DNA of 64,000 bases, from positions 54,471 to 118,470 of the forward strand of contig CAWELS010000050.1 in NCBI GenBank assembly GCA_963809945.1, read 5' to 3'. Both the position numbers and the translations under genes were made by a program. The notes under the pieces are model-generated. The model was not told the origin of the DNA. It did not search any database and saw only the letters and a list, made by a program, of their open reading frames with translations. Positions 50,001-60,113 of the stretch are shown here, piece after piece. Within the stretch, counting starts at the first letter, position 1; each line of letters starts with the position of its first letter. This DNA comes from Bryobacterales bacterium (GTDB lineage: Bacteria > Acidobacteriota > Terriglobia > Bryobacterales > Bryobacteraceae).

Positions 50001-50815
50001 AGGAGCTCGACAACACCGACACCATGGCCGACAACCAGGGCCAAAATTCCGGTGGTTCCGCCACGGGCGGCGCGCTCGACCTGAAGAACTACAACAACAA
50101 CACTCGTGTTGGCTTCAGCGACGTCCCGCAGCGCTTGGCCGCCACCTTCCTGGTCGACCTGCCCTTCGGTGCCGGCCAGTCGCTCGACGTGCAGAACCCC
50201 GTGCTGCGGGCCATCATCGGTGGCTGGCAGACGGGCGGCACCTTCATCGCCCAGTCGGGCTTCCCGTTCGCCCTCAGCGGCGCCAGCACCGGCGCGGCTT
50301 ATCCGCACCCGGACCGGCTGTCGGGAGTCCCCCTCGAAGTGCCGAAAAACCTACAGAAGTGGTATGACGGCAACACCACGGTCACCCTGCCCAACGGCCG
50401 CGTGATCAAGCCCGCCAAGAACACGTTCCTGAAGTATTATTCGGGCGCCTTCTCGGGCCGCGTCGTCACCCTGCCGAACGGCAAGTACCAGACCGACCAG
50501 TTCTGGTATGGCACCGTTGCCAGCACCTTGAACGGCATGCGCAACCCCGGACGCTACAACATCGACCTGAGCCTCCGGCGGAGCATCAAAATCAACGAGC
50601 GTTTCAGCCTCGACCTCACGGCTGAGGCCTCGAACGTGCTGAACCACGGCCAGCTTCGGGGTTCCTACGATGGCAACCTCGGCAACACGCAGACGACGTT
50701 CAACTCGAGCAACGGACTCGAGCCCGGCATGGGCCAGAGCTCGACCTTCGGGGCCATGGGCGTCACCACGTTTGACCCGCGCGAAGTGATCCTCAACCTG
50801 AAGGTTCGCTTCTAA
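47042..50815 (+). CDS. TonB-dependent receptor with N-terminal CarboxypepD_reg-like domain (1257 aa)
   Basis: Signal peptide; ITGTVMDTTGAVIPGIEVVLTNQNT...YTFPYLPAGSYTVSINADGF; plug-like region (LDGLPVMGG); long beta-barrel ending in the aromatic terminus NLKVRF. Confidence 0.85.
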   Translation: MSIKPSTSIHKLICGCIVLLAILLAPVSYAQIRSATITGTVMDTTGAVIPGIEVVLTNQNTNIQETASTTASGQYTFPYLPAGSYTVSINADGFSPYRQRDITLTTAQTVRADINLEVGAVNQLIEVTAQAAQIQTESATVQGAVQSDVIATLPNPTQNPLFYAMLQAGVTPNNSASDTTGLNSFGIGVDGRRQWSSLGVNGGRAWTNDIQLDGLPVMGGGYNEASVLPNTEGLQEVRIIANDFSAEYGRGQAVVAMSTKSGTNEYHGQGSYRLRNEALMANTYSNNANNVDRNPFKVHELGGAIGGPILRDKLFFFSSYHYLRYNYGSTSLMSVPTALERVGDFSQTNIRDSSGQAVAAMIFDPYNTTQIGTDLYQRASIPGAVITNANPYSLKMFTYYPDPNRNPDDEFNTNNFSASTINTLRRHTLNNRIDYRIGKHSIYGSGGIQKADNITPRPFGTAPLNNEPGKKGDRNPYAQIGDTIVVSPTVVVDLRYGINRIKTNAIAGNKTGWDAALYEQFGVPSNIQPYFALPGSAPSINPNGYSGGNGGGSNWTALSYTGYGNKREFQTGHNLTGSVTKINGSWTHKFGAEYRNLLSNYQDMNQQTASLPAQWFHQGGNFNFEYVTADGGVAGQNTSNQQRGVNGAAIFLGAPTWWIRPGANVMPAFSQKYFAVYSQNDWRATSKLTINLGLRWDLQPGPTERYNQMSGLDLDAINAFGYPGAIVFPGVDGYSRNLWNTQYNNIGPRLGFAYQVNQSTVVRGGYGITYLPSNTGYFSGPTDYGSASFSSGTLNQPYGNNPDGTPVMHFWDATGINQALGANPGASSIYGGAESKFDRNFKNGRAMQWNLFVERRISNAWFASVGYSASHSSDLMNRGVPVNSLQYLPQAALDAWRAEYIGTNGVTNPANVQVTNPFQPTDGTRYNFQGSLGAATLAQSNTLYMYPLVRDGRTTSRAWANYHSMQARLSHSFSNGFHLDVNYTWSKELDNTDTMADNQGQNSGGSATGGALDLKNYNNNTRVGFSDVPQRLAATFLVDLPFGAGQSLDVQNPVLRAIIGGWQTGGTFIAQSGFPFALSGASTGAAYPHPDRLSGVPLEVPKNLQKWYDGNTTVTLPNGRVIKPAKNTFLKYYSGAFSGRVVTLPNGKYQTDQFWYGTVASTLNGMRNPGRYNIDLSLRRSIKINERFSLDLTAEASNVLNHGQLRGSYDGNLGNTQTTFNSSNGLEPGMGQSSTFGAMGVTTFDPREVILNLKVRF

Positions 50816-50829
50816 GCTATTAGGTAACC

Positions 50830-50908
50830 GGCGGCTGCGCCGTAGTCGCAGCCGCCAATTGATGCCGCACCGCGTCCCGAACGGGCTCCGCCGTGCGGCA
50901 TTTTTTTA
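50830..50908 (+). terminator. Tandem terminator hairpins after the receptor gene
   Basis: GGCGGCTGCG-CCGTAGT-CGCAGCCGCC (50830-50856), then ATGCCGCAC...GTGCGGCAT (50862-50901) followed directly by a T7 run. Confidence 0.8.
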
Positions 50909-51277
50909 GTCGTTACGGGCCAACTTGCCTGCTGGAGAAGTGCCGATCCCGTGCACTCCGAGGGAACTTCAGTTCGTCTCGACAGACACCGCCACTGTAC
51001 GGCTCGCCGCCGCGATCTTCACCGCACCGGTTTCCTCCCGGCCAGCAGAAATTCCGGGCTCCAATCGTTACTCATCTGGCGGGCAAAGGCCTCCACTTTG
51101 TAAGGAGAGAGCGGCCCCCTTTCGGGCGCGGCCGGCTGGTCGTGCCGCGCTGCCGGTTTGGCGGGGCGCGCGCCTTACGGCGACCCTCGGCTACCCTTGC
51201 GGATGAGGACCGTTGCGCTCTCAAATCGACTGCCCCCCTACATATGGTGGGCGCCGCCGCCGGCGCACCCAGGGCTA

Positions 51278-51299
51278 AACATTTTGCTTGCAAAATGTT
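51278..51299. promoter_or_regulatory. Perfect 22-bp AT-rich palindrome AACATTTTGC TT GCAAAATGTT upstream of ku (candidate operator)
   Basis: Ten-bp arms with no mismatch, 46 nt upstream of the ku ATG, in an otherwise GC-rich region. Confidence 0.4.
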
Positions 51300-51344
51300 G
51301 GAGGTATCCTTTAGGATTCTTAGTGCATCCGTAAGAGGGGACTT

Positions 51345-52197
51345 ATGGCGACCACTGTCTGGAAAGGCTACCTGACGTTTGGGCTGATTTCTATCCCCAT
51401 CCGCCTGTTCGCCGCCGCCCGCAGCGATAAGATCAGCTTCAACCAGCTACATAAGAAGTGCCACACCCGCATCAAGCAACAGCTCTGGTGCCCGCACTGC
51501 GAGGTAGACGGTCTCGCGCTCCGATATCGTCAAGGGCTACGAGTACGCCAAGGACTCCTACGTTCTGGTCGAGGACGAGGAGATCAAGAAGCTGGCTCCG
51601 CAATCAGCGCAGACGATGGAGATCCTCGAGTTCGTGAAGATGGACGAGGTAGATCCACTGCACTTCGACAGCTCGTACTTCGCCATCCCCGAGGGTCCTG
51701 GGCGGAAGCCGTATCACCTGCTGGTGCGGACGATGGAGGAGTCCGGCTACGCCGCCATCGCCAAGATCGCCATGAGCCAGCGTGAGTACACCGTGCTGAT
51801 CCGCCCGCGCGAGCACGGCTTGACGCTGCACACGATGTACTACGCCGACGACATCCGCGAGGTAGAAGGATACGGCGGGCAGACCGACGTCGAGGTGAAG
51901 CCGCAGGAGATCGAGCTGGCCCAAAAGCTGGTCGACAGCCTCGCCGCCAGCTTCGAACCGCAGAAGTACCACGACGAGTATCAGGCGAAGCTGCGCCAGA
52001 TGGTGGAGGCCAAGCAGCAGGGCGAAGAGGTCACCACCGAGGAGCCGGTGCGCCTGGCGCCGGTGATCGACATGATGGAGGCGCTGCAGAAGAGCCTGGA
52101 GCGCTCCGGCGGCGCACCGAAAAAGCCGGCGGCGAAGGCCGAAGGCGAGAAAGCCACCACCAAGAAGGCCAAGCGCAAGCGCCGTGCGGCCGGGTGA
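51345..52197 (+). pseudogene. ku: Ku (NHEJ DNA end-binding protein), one frameshift near 51504-51507
   Basis: MATTVWKGYLTFGLISIPIRLFAA...CPHCE, then in the next frame TVSRSDIVKGYEYAKDSYVLVEDEEI...YFAIPE...REYTVLIRP, with a Lys-rich tail. Four bases (GTAG) occupy the place of one codon. Confidence 0.85.
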
Positions 52198-52240
52198 GCA
52201 CATTCCCACTCCGACGCCTCGGTCAGACAATAGCGTCCCA

Positions 52241-52343
52241 CCGGGGACATTGCGGGCTCCCTTCACGCATCCACCCTGAACCTCCCGCAGCAGTGTCTCC
52301 CGTAACGGGTCCTCCGAATGCGACCTGCCCGCCTTGCCCGCAA
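52241..52343. repeat. Dispersed repeat, family A copy 2
   Basis: See 2104-2235. Lies between the ku stop and the GH2 start. Confidence 0.8.
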
Positions 52344-52458
52344 TACCTGATGGGGGGCGGGGTCTCAAATGAGCAGCCGCGGAGCTTCAGTCCCGCTCTT
52401 TTCTCCCCAAACGATTCCAACGCCGCCCGCTCCGCCACCTCCGCTAAAATCCCCGATA

Positions 52459-54880
52459 ATGGTGTCCGTGATGGATCGTCGAACCTTTGTTCGGACCTGC
52501 GCCGCCGTGGCGGCGCTGCCCTTTGTGCCGTCGGCCGCCGCGTCAACCCTCCAACACCGCCGTATCGTCCCGTTCGACCGCGGCTGGCGCTTCCAGCGCG
52601 GCGACCTCGACGGCGCGCAAGCCCCCGGCTACAGCGACGCCTCCTGGCGCGTCCTCGACGTCCCGCATGACTGGGGTATCGAGGGTCCCTTCTCGCCCGA
52701 CAACCCGAGCGGCGGCGCGGGCGGCTTCTCACCGGCCGGCATCGGCTGGTACCGGCGCTCGTTTCGCGCCGATCAGGCCGGCGGCGACCGCCTATGGACC
52801 ATCGAGTTCGACGGCGTCTATGAGAACTCGACCGCCTGGATCAACGGGCGGGAGCTCGGCACGCACCGCTACGGCTACTCGAGCTTCCGCTACGACCTGA
52901 CGCCGCACGTCCGCTCCGGCGAGAACGTCGTCGCCGTGCGCGTCGACAACTCGCGCCAGCCGAACTGCCGCTGGTACTCGGGCTCCGGAATCTTCCGCCA
53001 CGTGCGCCTGGTCCAGACCGATCCGCTGCACGTCGCCGGCTGGGGCACCTATGTCACGACGCCCGATGTCTCCTCGGATGACGCCACTGTACGAGTTCGC
53101 ACTACCGTCACTAATGACGGTTCGAGCGATGTCCGGTGCCGGCTGCGGACGGTGGTCACCGACCCGGACGGAAAGGAAGCGGGTGAGGGCGAATCGACCG
53201 CCAACATCCCCGCCGGCAGCGACTACGAGTTCGATCAGATGATTCGCGTGCCGAATCCGTCGCTGTGGTCGGTCGAAACGCCGGTGCTCTACAAGGCTCG
53301 CGCCGAGGTGTTCCACGATGACCGGATGGTCGACGACTACGAGACGACCTTCGGCATCCGTACGGCGGTCTTCGACCCCCGCCGCGGCTTCGTCCTCAAC
53401 AACAAGCCGGTAAAGTTCAAGGGCGTCTGCCTACACCACGACGCCGGCTGTCTGGGCTCCGCTGTGCCGGTCCGCGCCTGGGAGCGCCGTTTCGAGGCGC
53501 TCAAGGCGATCGGCTGCAACGCCATCCGCACCAGCCACAATCCGCCCGCCCCCGAGTTCCTCGACCTCTGCGACCGGATGGGCTTCCTGGTGATAGACGA
53601 GGCTTTCGACAAGTACGACTTCGGCGATCCGCACTGGCAGCCTATCGATTGGGCCGAGCATTGGCAGCAGGACCTGGGGGCCATGCTGGAGCGCGACCGC
53701 AACCATCCCAGCGTCGTGCTCTGGAGCGTCGGCAATGAGTCCGGCCAGCCGGGCGACGAGCGGCTGAACCAGCGCATCGCGGAGCTGGTCGCCTTCGTTC
53801 ACAAAGAGGAGCCGACCCGTCCGGCGACGGCCGCGCTGATCAACGTGACCGAGCGCGGTGTCCCCGTCGAACAGAAGATTTCCCGCGTCATGTCGACCGC
53901 GGCGACGATGGACATCCTCAGCACCAACTATCAGGAGCAGTTCTTCGACCGCTATCACGAGCTCGATCCGAAGAAGCTGCTGCTTAGTACCGAGGCCTTT
54001 CCCTACTACCGCGGCGGCACCGACGAGGTGATGCGCCTCCACGAGCAGAATCCCTGGTACGCCGTGGCCGAGCACGACTACACGATCGGGCAATTCCTGT
54101 GGCCGGGCATCGACTACCTCGGCGAGTCGATGGGCTGGCCGAGCAAGGGTTGGCCGACGGGGCTGTTCGACACCTGCGGGTTCGAGAAGCCGATGGCCGG
54201 TTTCCACCGGGCGATGTGGAAGGCCGATGTGCCGTCGGTGACGATGGCCGTGCACCACGACGGCATAGATCGCGATAACGGCCGCGCCGCCTGGCACTGG
54301 CCGCGGCTGGCGCGCCATTGGAACTTCGCCGGTATCGATCGCGACGCGCTCGAGATCCGGACCTTCACGAACTGCGAGACGGTCGAGGTGCGGGTGGGCA
54401 ATTTCTCTTACGGCGTCCGCCGCACGGCCGACTTCCCGAACAACACGATCATCTGGAAGGTGGAGTACCGTGCCCGGGACGGTAGTCGCGATCGCCCGCA
54501 ACGGCGACCAGGAAGTGGCTCGGGATCAACTGCAGAACGCCGGCGAGCCGGTCCGGGTGGATCTCGTGCCGGACCGCACCCAGATCGCGGCCGATGGCGA
54601 CGACTTAAGCTACGTCGAGGTTCGGTTGGTCGACAAAGACGGCGTGCTGGTGCCGGATGCCGACCGCCGCATCGCGTTCATCGTCGGCGGGGCGGGACGG
54701 CTGGTGGGCGCCGACAACGGCGACCTGCGTTGCCAGGAGCCGTTCCAGGAACCCTATCGGACGACGTTCTTCGGCCGCTCGGTAGCGGTGATCCGATCGC
54801 TCGATGCTCCGGGCGAGATCCGCATCAAGGCGCTGGCGCCGGACCTGGAGGACGCGGAAACCGTCATCCGGACGGTGTGA
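52459..54880 (+). pseudogene. Glycoside hydrolase family 2 (beta-galactosidase-like), Tat signal, one frameshift near 54470
   Basis: MDRRTFVRTCAAVAALPF; FDRGWRFQ; WRVLDVPHDWGIEGPF; GIGWYRR; FDGVYENSTAWINGRELG; IRTSHNPP; LWSVGNE. The C-terminal domain continues in ORF 54470-54880. Confidence 0.8.
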
Positions 54881-57413
54881 ACGAGGCGGCCAGCTTCGCG
54901 AGCGGCTCTTCGATACGCTGGCGGGCGTCCCAGAAGCCGGCCCATAAGTCACCCTTCTTCGCCAGGCGGACCGGCATCGTTTTCAATGTGAACTTCGAAG
55001 GTTTAAGTGTCTTCCGCAGCTCGCTGGGTTCGATCGGCGTCGAAATCGACGCCTCGGCGCGGGGGCGGACGCTGTAGACCGAGGCAAGCGGGCGGCCGTA
55101 GCCGTTCTGCGAATAGTCGAGATAGACGGTTCCCTTGGGACGCTTCTCGGTTTGCCGCGCGAGTGTGGTCAGCGCCGGCATACGCGAAGCCACGATACGA
55201 GCGACGATCTCGGCGAAGCTGCGGGCCTGCTCGTAGGTGTAGACAGGTTCGAGCGGCAGGTAGATGTGCATGCCGCTGGCGCCCGACGTCTTGATGAAAA
55301 ACCCACAGCCGACCTGCGCGAGTAACTTGGTGAACTCGCGCGCCACCCTGACCACCGTGTCGTAGCCGGTGCCCTCCACCGGATCGAGATCGAAGAAGAC
55401 GTAGTCCGGCGTTTCGAGCGACGGCAGTGCTGCTCGACCAGGGATTGTGCTCGATGCAGCCGAGGTTGGTCAGGAATAGCAGCGCGGCACGGTCGTTGGC
55501 GAGATAGTAAGTGATCTCCTCGCGGCGGCCACTCTCCGACGCCAGCGTGACGGTGTCGATCCAGTCGGGGCGTTCCAGGCCGGCATCCTTCTGGTAGAAG
55601 GGCTTGCCGGTGACGCCGTTCGGATAGCGGTGGAGCACCAGCGGACGGCCGCGCAGGAAGGGCAGCAGGCGATCGGCGATCGAGTAATACCAGGCGAGCA
55701 ACTCGCGCTTGGTGTGGCCGGGCTCCGGGAAATAGACCTTGTTGAGATTGCGGACGCGGACCGGTTTGCCATCGAGCTCGAGGATCACTTCGTCGCGCTT
55801 GCCGGAGGTGAGTTCAGCTTCGATTGCCTCGTCGCGCAAGACGGGCATTCCCGTCGCGAGCTGCACCTTCGGCGGCGGTGTCGCGGGCGTCTCGGAAGCG
55901 ATGGTGCAATCGCGCGTCGAGACATCGTCGCGGAGTCCCATGTAGACGGGCGCACGCAGCCGGCGGTCGCTGGTCATCTCTCCGTACTTCACGCGGGCGA
56001 CGAGCTGTGGGGTGACCCACGTCGTGGGCTCTTTGACGGCGGGCTCTTGCGGCGAACGGGCAACGGTCGGTCGCGAGCGGCGCGAGCTTGCCGAACAGCT
56101 CGTCGAGCACCCGGCCGGAGAAACCGGAGCCGACGCCGCCGATGAACTCGAGGCGGTCGCCGTTGTAGAGTCCGGCGAGCAGCGCTCCGAAGGGTCGACC
56201 GGCGCCCCGCGACGCCGTATAGCCGCCGATCACCGCGTCCACTTCCTTCACCGCCTTCACCTTGAACCAGTCCTCGCCGCGGCCGCCCGTGTAGGTGCTC
56301 GTGAGCCGCTTGGCGACGACGCCCTCGGCGCCGCGCCCGGAGGCGAGGCGGAACAGTTCCTTGCCCTGATCAAGGACGTGGTCGGAGATCCGCACCGGCG
56401 GCAGCGGATCGAGCACCAGCCGCAGGAGGCGCTTACGTTCGATGAGCGGGACGTCGCGTAGGTCGTAGCCGTCGCAGTAAAGCAGGTCGAAGACGTAGTA
56501 GTCGACCGGATGCTCGCGCCGCAAGGCCGCCGAGGGCCGGGCTGAGTGCATGCGCGGTTGGAGGCGCTCGAAGTCGCTGCGGCCGGACGGAATCGAGCAC
56601 GACGATCTCGCCATCGAACACCGCCTCGCGCGCCATCACACGTTCTGGCAGCAGGGCCAGTTCCGGGAACGAGCTCGTGACATCGCGGCCGCTACGGGCC
56701 TGTAGTCGCAATCCGCCGCCAGCGGACCGTCGCCACTGCGCGCATGCCGTCCCACTTGATCTCGTAAAGCCAGTCTGCACTCGAGAAAGCATCGCCGGTG
56801 AGCGTGGCCAGCATCACGTCGACGCTCGCTGGCAATGCCGCCGCCAGGGCGCCTTCGAGTGCGCCCGGGGCCGGCCGCTCGGCTTCGAGCACGGAACCCT
56901 CATGGTCCTCGAGCTTCCAGCCGGCCTCGGCATAGGAGTCGCGGTGCTTGAGCAGCAGCCACTCCTCCTGCTTCGACTCCGCCCGCGGCTTCATCCGCAC
57001 CAGCGCGAAGCTGCCGCGGAGCTTCTGCCCTTTGAGAGTGAATTTCAGTTCTCCCCGCTGTAACTGCTCCGCTGCCCCGGCACCCTCCGGCAGAAACAGC
57101 CCGGTGTCCCAGACGATCATCGTCCCGGCGCCGTAGTTACCCTTGGGGATCTCGCCTTCGAAGGTCGCGTACTCGAGCGGGTGGTCCTCGGTGCGAACCG
57201 CCAGCCGCTTCTCGCCGGGGTCGAGCGTCGGTCCTTTCGGCACCGCCCAGGAGGCCAGCGCGCCGCCTACTTCAAGCCGCAGGTCCCAGTGCAACCGCCG
57301 CGCGTGGTGCTCCTGGACCACGAAACGCGCGCTCTCACCGGCGGCTGCGGCTCGCCGGCCGGCTCCGGGGTCGACTCGAAGCGCCGCTTCCGGCGGTACT
57401 TCTCGAGGGGCAT
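54864..57413 (-). pseudogene. ligD: Multidomain DNA ligase D (phosphoesterase-ligase-polymerase order), several frameshifts
   Basis: PE domain MPLEKYRRKRRFESTPEP...FVVQEHHARRLHWDLRLE. Ligase domain WLYEIKWDGMRA, FDGEIVV, YYVFDLLY, EGVVAKR. Pol/primase domain GKPFYQKD, FFDLDP, IKTSGASGMHIY, YLDYSQNG. The fragments lie in ORFs 56692-57321, 56433-56792, 55814-56614, 55003-55992 and 54864-55379. Confidence 0.8.
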
Positions 57414-57417
57414 GGGC

Positions 57418-58737
57418 TCAGTTCGACTTCTTGAGTAGTTCCATCGCCGCCGCGCTCATCACCTTCACGCCGGTCTCGATAGTCGGATGAATCGCCGGCC
57501 AGAACTTCGAGGAGTGGAGGCTCGGCAGCGTCGCACCGGACTCCTTCGCAGCGTTGAAGCGCTGCTCGTCGATAGTGCCGAGCCAGATCATCGAGATGGG
57601 CACCTTCTCGGATGTCCGGCCGTACTCGGCGAAGTCCTCGCCGCCCATCACCGGCTGCTCGTGGATCACGTTGTCGGCGCCAAGCACACGCTGCCAGACC
57701 GGCACGAGGCGGTCCATGAGGGCCGGGTTGTTGTAGAGCGCCGGGGTGTGTTCGCTGGATGTTTTGACGATAGGCAGCCGGTCCTCGGGCAGGCCAAAGG
57801 CGCGGGCGGTGTTCATAGTGATTCGTTCGATCGAGTCGAGCACCTGCTGGCGGGTCTCTTCCTTGTAAGTGCGGACGGTAAGCTGCAGGTGGACCTCGTC
57901 GGAGATGATGTTATGCTTAGTGCCGCCGTGGATCGAGCCGACGGTGACGACCGCCGGAGTCGAGCGGGCTGACTTCCCGGCTGACGATGGTCTGGAGGCC
58001 CATGATCACTTGGGCGGCGAGCACGACCGGATCCTTGGTGCTCTCGGGCCGCGAGCCGTGGCCGCCGATGCCGCGGAGGGTGATGTCGACCGAGTCGACG
58101 TTGGCAAGCGCGAAGCCGGGGACGTAGCCGATGGTGCCGGTTTCGAGGTCGCTGCTGACATGGAGCGCGATGGCGTAGTCGGGCACCGGGAAACGCTGGA
58201 ACAAGCCGTCTTTGAGCACCGCCCGGGCGCCGGCGCCGAGTCTCCTCGGCGGGCTGGCCGAGCATGACGAGCGTGCCGCTCCACTGGTCGCGCAGCTTGG
58301 CGAGCGTCCGGGCTGTGCCGGTGAAGACCGTCATGTGCATGTCGTGACCGCAGGCGTGCATGACGCCGACCTCGGCGCCGGTGTCATCGGTGACGCGGAC
58401 CGTGCTCGCGTAGGGGAGGCCGGTTTGCTCGGTCACTGGGAGGGCGTCTAGGTCGGTACGGATCATGACGGTCGGCCCGTCGCCGTTCTTCAGACACGCC
58501 GACGATGCCGGTACCGCCGACGCCGGTGGTCACCTCATAGCCGGCATCGCGCAACTCCTGGGCGATGCGCGCGGCGGTCTCCCGTTCGCTGAAGGAGAGC
58601 TCGGGGTGCGTGTGGAGGTGCTTGTAGAGGGCCTCGAGCGAGGGGACCTCCGGGGTGATCGCGTCATCCAGGTCAGCAGCCAGGAGCGGCAGGAGGGCCG
58701 CCATCGCGATTACGCTCAGTGGTGTCAGTCGTCTCAT
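57418..58737 (-). pseudogene. M20D-family amidohydrolase (aminoacylase/hippurate-hydrolase-like), at least 3 frameshifts
   Basis: Signal peptide; LYKHLHTHPELSFSE; MHACGHDMH; GTLVMLGQPAEE; GIGGHGSRPE; C-terminal FWP. The fragments lie in ORFs 58384-58737, 57813-58466, 57917-58219 and 57418-57843. The stop lies 4 nt before the ligD start. Confidence 0.75.
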
Positions 58738-58772
58738 AGCATCCAGCTGTTTTCTCTTAGGGACTTCCTTTC

Positions 58773-59324
58773 ATGAAAGCACAGGGAGTATTCCTTTCGG
58801 TAGAGAGGTATCCAGCCCAGTACGCCGGACGCCTGGTCCTGGTGCTTTGTCCTCAGGCAGCCGTCGCCGCCGGACCCGACAATGGGGCCGTGCATTTCGG
58901 CCGAAAGAGTTTCATCATTCTTGCCCTGATGATCGGCTTCGCGGCATCCGCCGCCGCGGCGGATCCTGCCATCGTACTGCAGCCTGGTACTTACCTGCGC
59001 CTCGACCCTGCGGGCAAAGTGCGTGTCCTGGACGCCACGGTAAATCGCCCGTTCGTCCAGCTCGACGCCGGGGGCTTCCGGCTTCAATGTTCGGAGAATT
59101 GTCGTGCGGGGCGCGTGAACGTCGCCGTGGGTGACGTCCTGGTCACGGTGATCGAGAAGGGCGAGTATCACTTCGACCGCGAGCATGACCGGGTGCTGGT
59201 CGTCGAAGGAAAGATGGTGGTCCGCGCCGGGGACAGGCGCCTGGAGCTATCGAGCGGGGAGGTGCTGCTGATGGATGGTCAGGTCCGAGTGGGGAAGGTC
59301 GGTCCGGTGCGGCGGCGCTTCTGA
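58773..59324 (+). CDS. Hypothetical secreted protein
   Basis: The true start is probably the GTG at 58890, which gives the signal peptide KSFIILALMIGFAASAAAA. The beta-rich remainder is not assigned to a family. Confidence 0.45.
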   Translation: MKAQGVFLSVERYPAQYAGRLVLVLCPQAAVAAGPDNGAVHFGRKSFIILALMIGFAASAAAADPAIVLQPGTYLRLDPAGKVRVLDATVNRPFVQLDAGGFRLQCSENCRAGRVNVAVGDVLVTVIEKGEYHFDREHDRVLVVEGKMVVRAGDRRLELSSGEVLLMDGQVRVGKVGPVRRRF

Positions 59325-59469
59325 GCCGTTAATGAACGGGGATGAACATGAATGCGGGATCGCGACCGACTCCGACAGCCGCAGAGGCGCCAGTCAGATT
59401 CGAGAGGGTTCGTGTGAACCTTGTACAAAGTGACACCATCCGGCAATAATGTTAGCGGGAGGGACCGAG

Positions 59470-59703
59470 ATGCAGAACTTCCCGAGGATCACGATCAATC
59501 CGCGACAGATGGGGGGCGTCCCCTGTGTCCGCGGACTGCGTATCCCGGTGGCCACGGTGCTGCGGATGCTAGCCGCCGGCCTGACCGAACAGCAGATTCT
59601 GGATGACTATCCTGATCTTGAGACCGCGGACATCCGCGAGTGTCTTCGCTATGCAGCGGCAACCGCACTCGAGCGCGAGCTTCCACTTCCTCAAAGCGCT
59701 TGA
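59470..59703 (+). CDS. DUF433-family protein (putative antitoxin-like partner)
   Basis: MQNFPRITINPRQMGGVPCVRGLRIPVATVLRMLAAGLTEQQILDDYPDLETADIRECLRYAA. Confidence 0.75.
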   Translation: MQNFPRITINPRQMGGVPCVRGLRIPVATVLRMLAAGLTEQQILDDYPDLETADIRECLRYAAATALERELPLPQSA

Positions 59704-60074
59704 AGTTTCTCGTCGACAACGCGCTCCCGCCTCGTTTGGCGCGTCTGCCCACGGACGCGGGGCACGATGCAGCACATGTTCGAGACTATGGCCTTGAGGC
59801 GGCCGAGGACGAGATTGTGCTGGACAGGGCTCTCCGGGAACGGCGCGTTCTCCTTTCCGGCGACTCTGACTTCGCAACCCTGCTGGCCCTGCGTGAAGCC
59901 TCTGAGCCTTCGTTGGTGCTCTTCCGGGAAACTAACGCTGTGTCCGCCGACCAATATGTTGACCTACTACTGGGCAGTCTTCCCATACTGGGCCCCGAAC
60001 TCGATAAGGGCTGCGTAGCGGTCTTCCGCTCAGGTCGTCTCAGGATACGCTCCCTGCCGATATCGTCCGAATGA
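59700..60074 (+). CDS. DUF5615-family PIN-like protein (putative toxin partner)
   Basis: The TTG start overlaps the DUF433 stop as TTGA. LKFLVDNALPPRLA...ILDRALRERRVLLSGDSDFATL. Confidence 0.65.
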   Translation: MKFLVDNALPPRLARLPTDAGHDAAHVRDYGLEAAEDEIVLDRALRERRVLLSGDSDFATLLALREASEPSLVLFRETNAVSADQYVDLLLGSLPILGPELDKGCVAVFRSGRLRIRSLPISSE

Positions 60075-60113
60075 AGTGTGTGTGTCGAGGCTGGAATGCC
60101 GTGGAGTACAGGT

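Noticed and set aside
51278-51299. LexA (SOS) box upstream of ku
   Set aside because: The palindrome does not resemble CTGT-N8-ACAG, GAAC-N4-GTTC or the GTTC-N7-GTTC direct repeat reported for Acidobacterium. It is kept only as an unassigned operator candidate.
50893-51375. 160-aa ORF bridging the receptor terminator and the ku start
   Set aside because: It runs through a strong terminator and the ku RBS, has no RBS of its own, and its composition looks off-frame.
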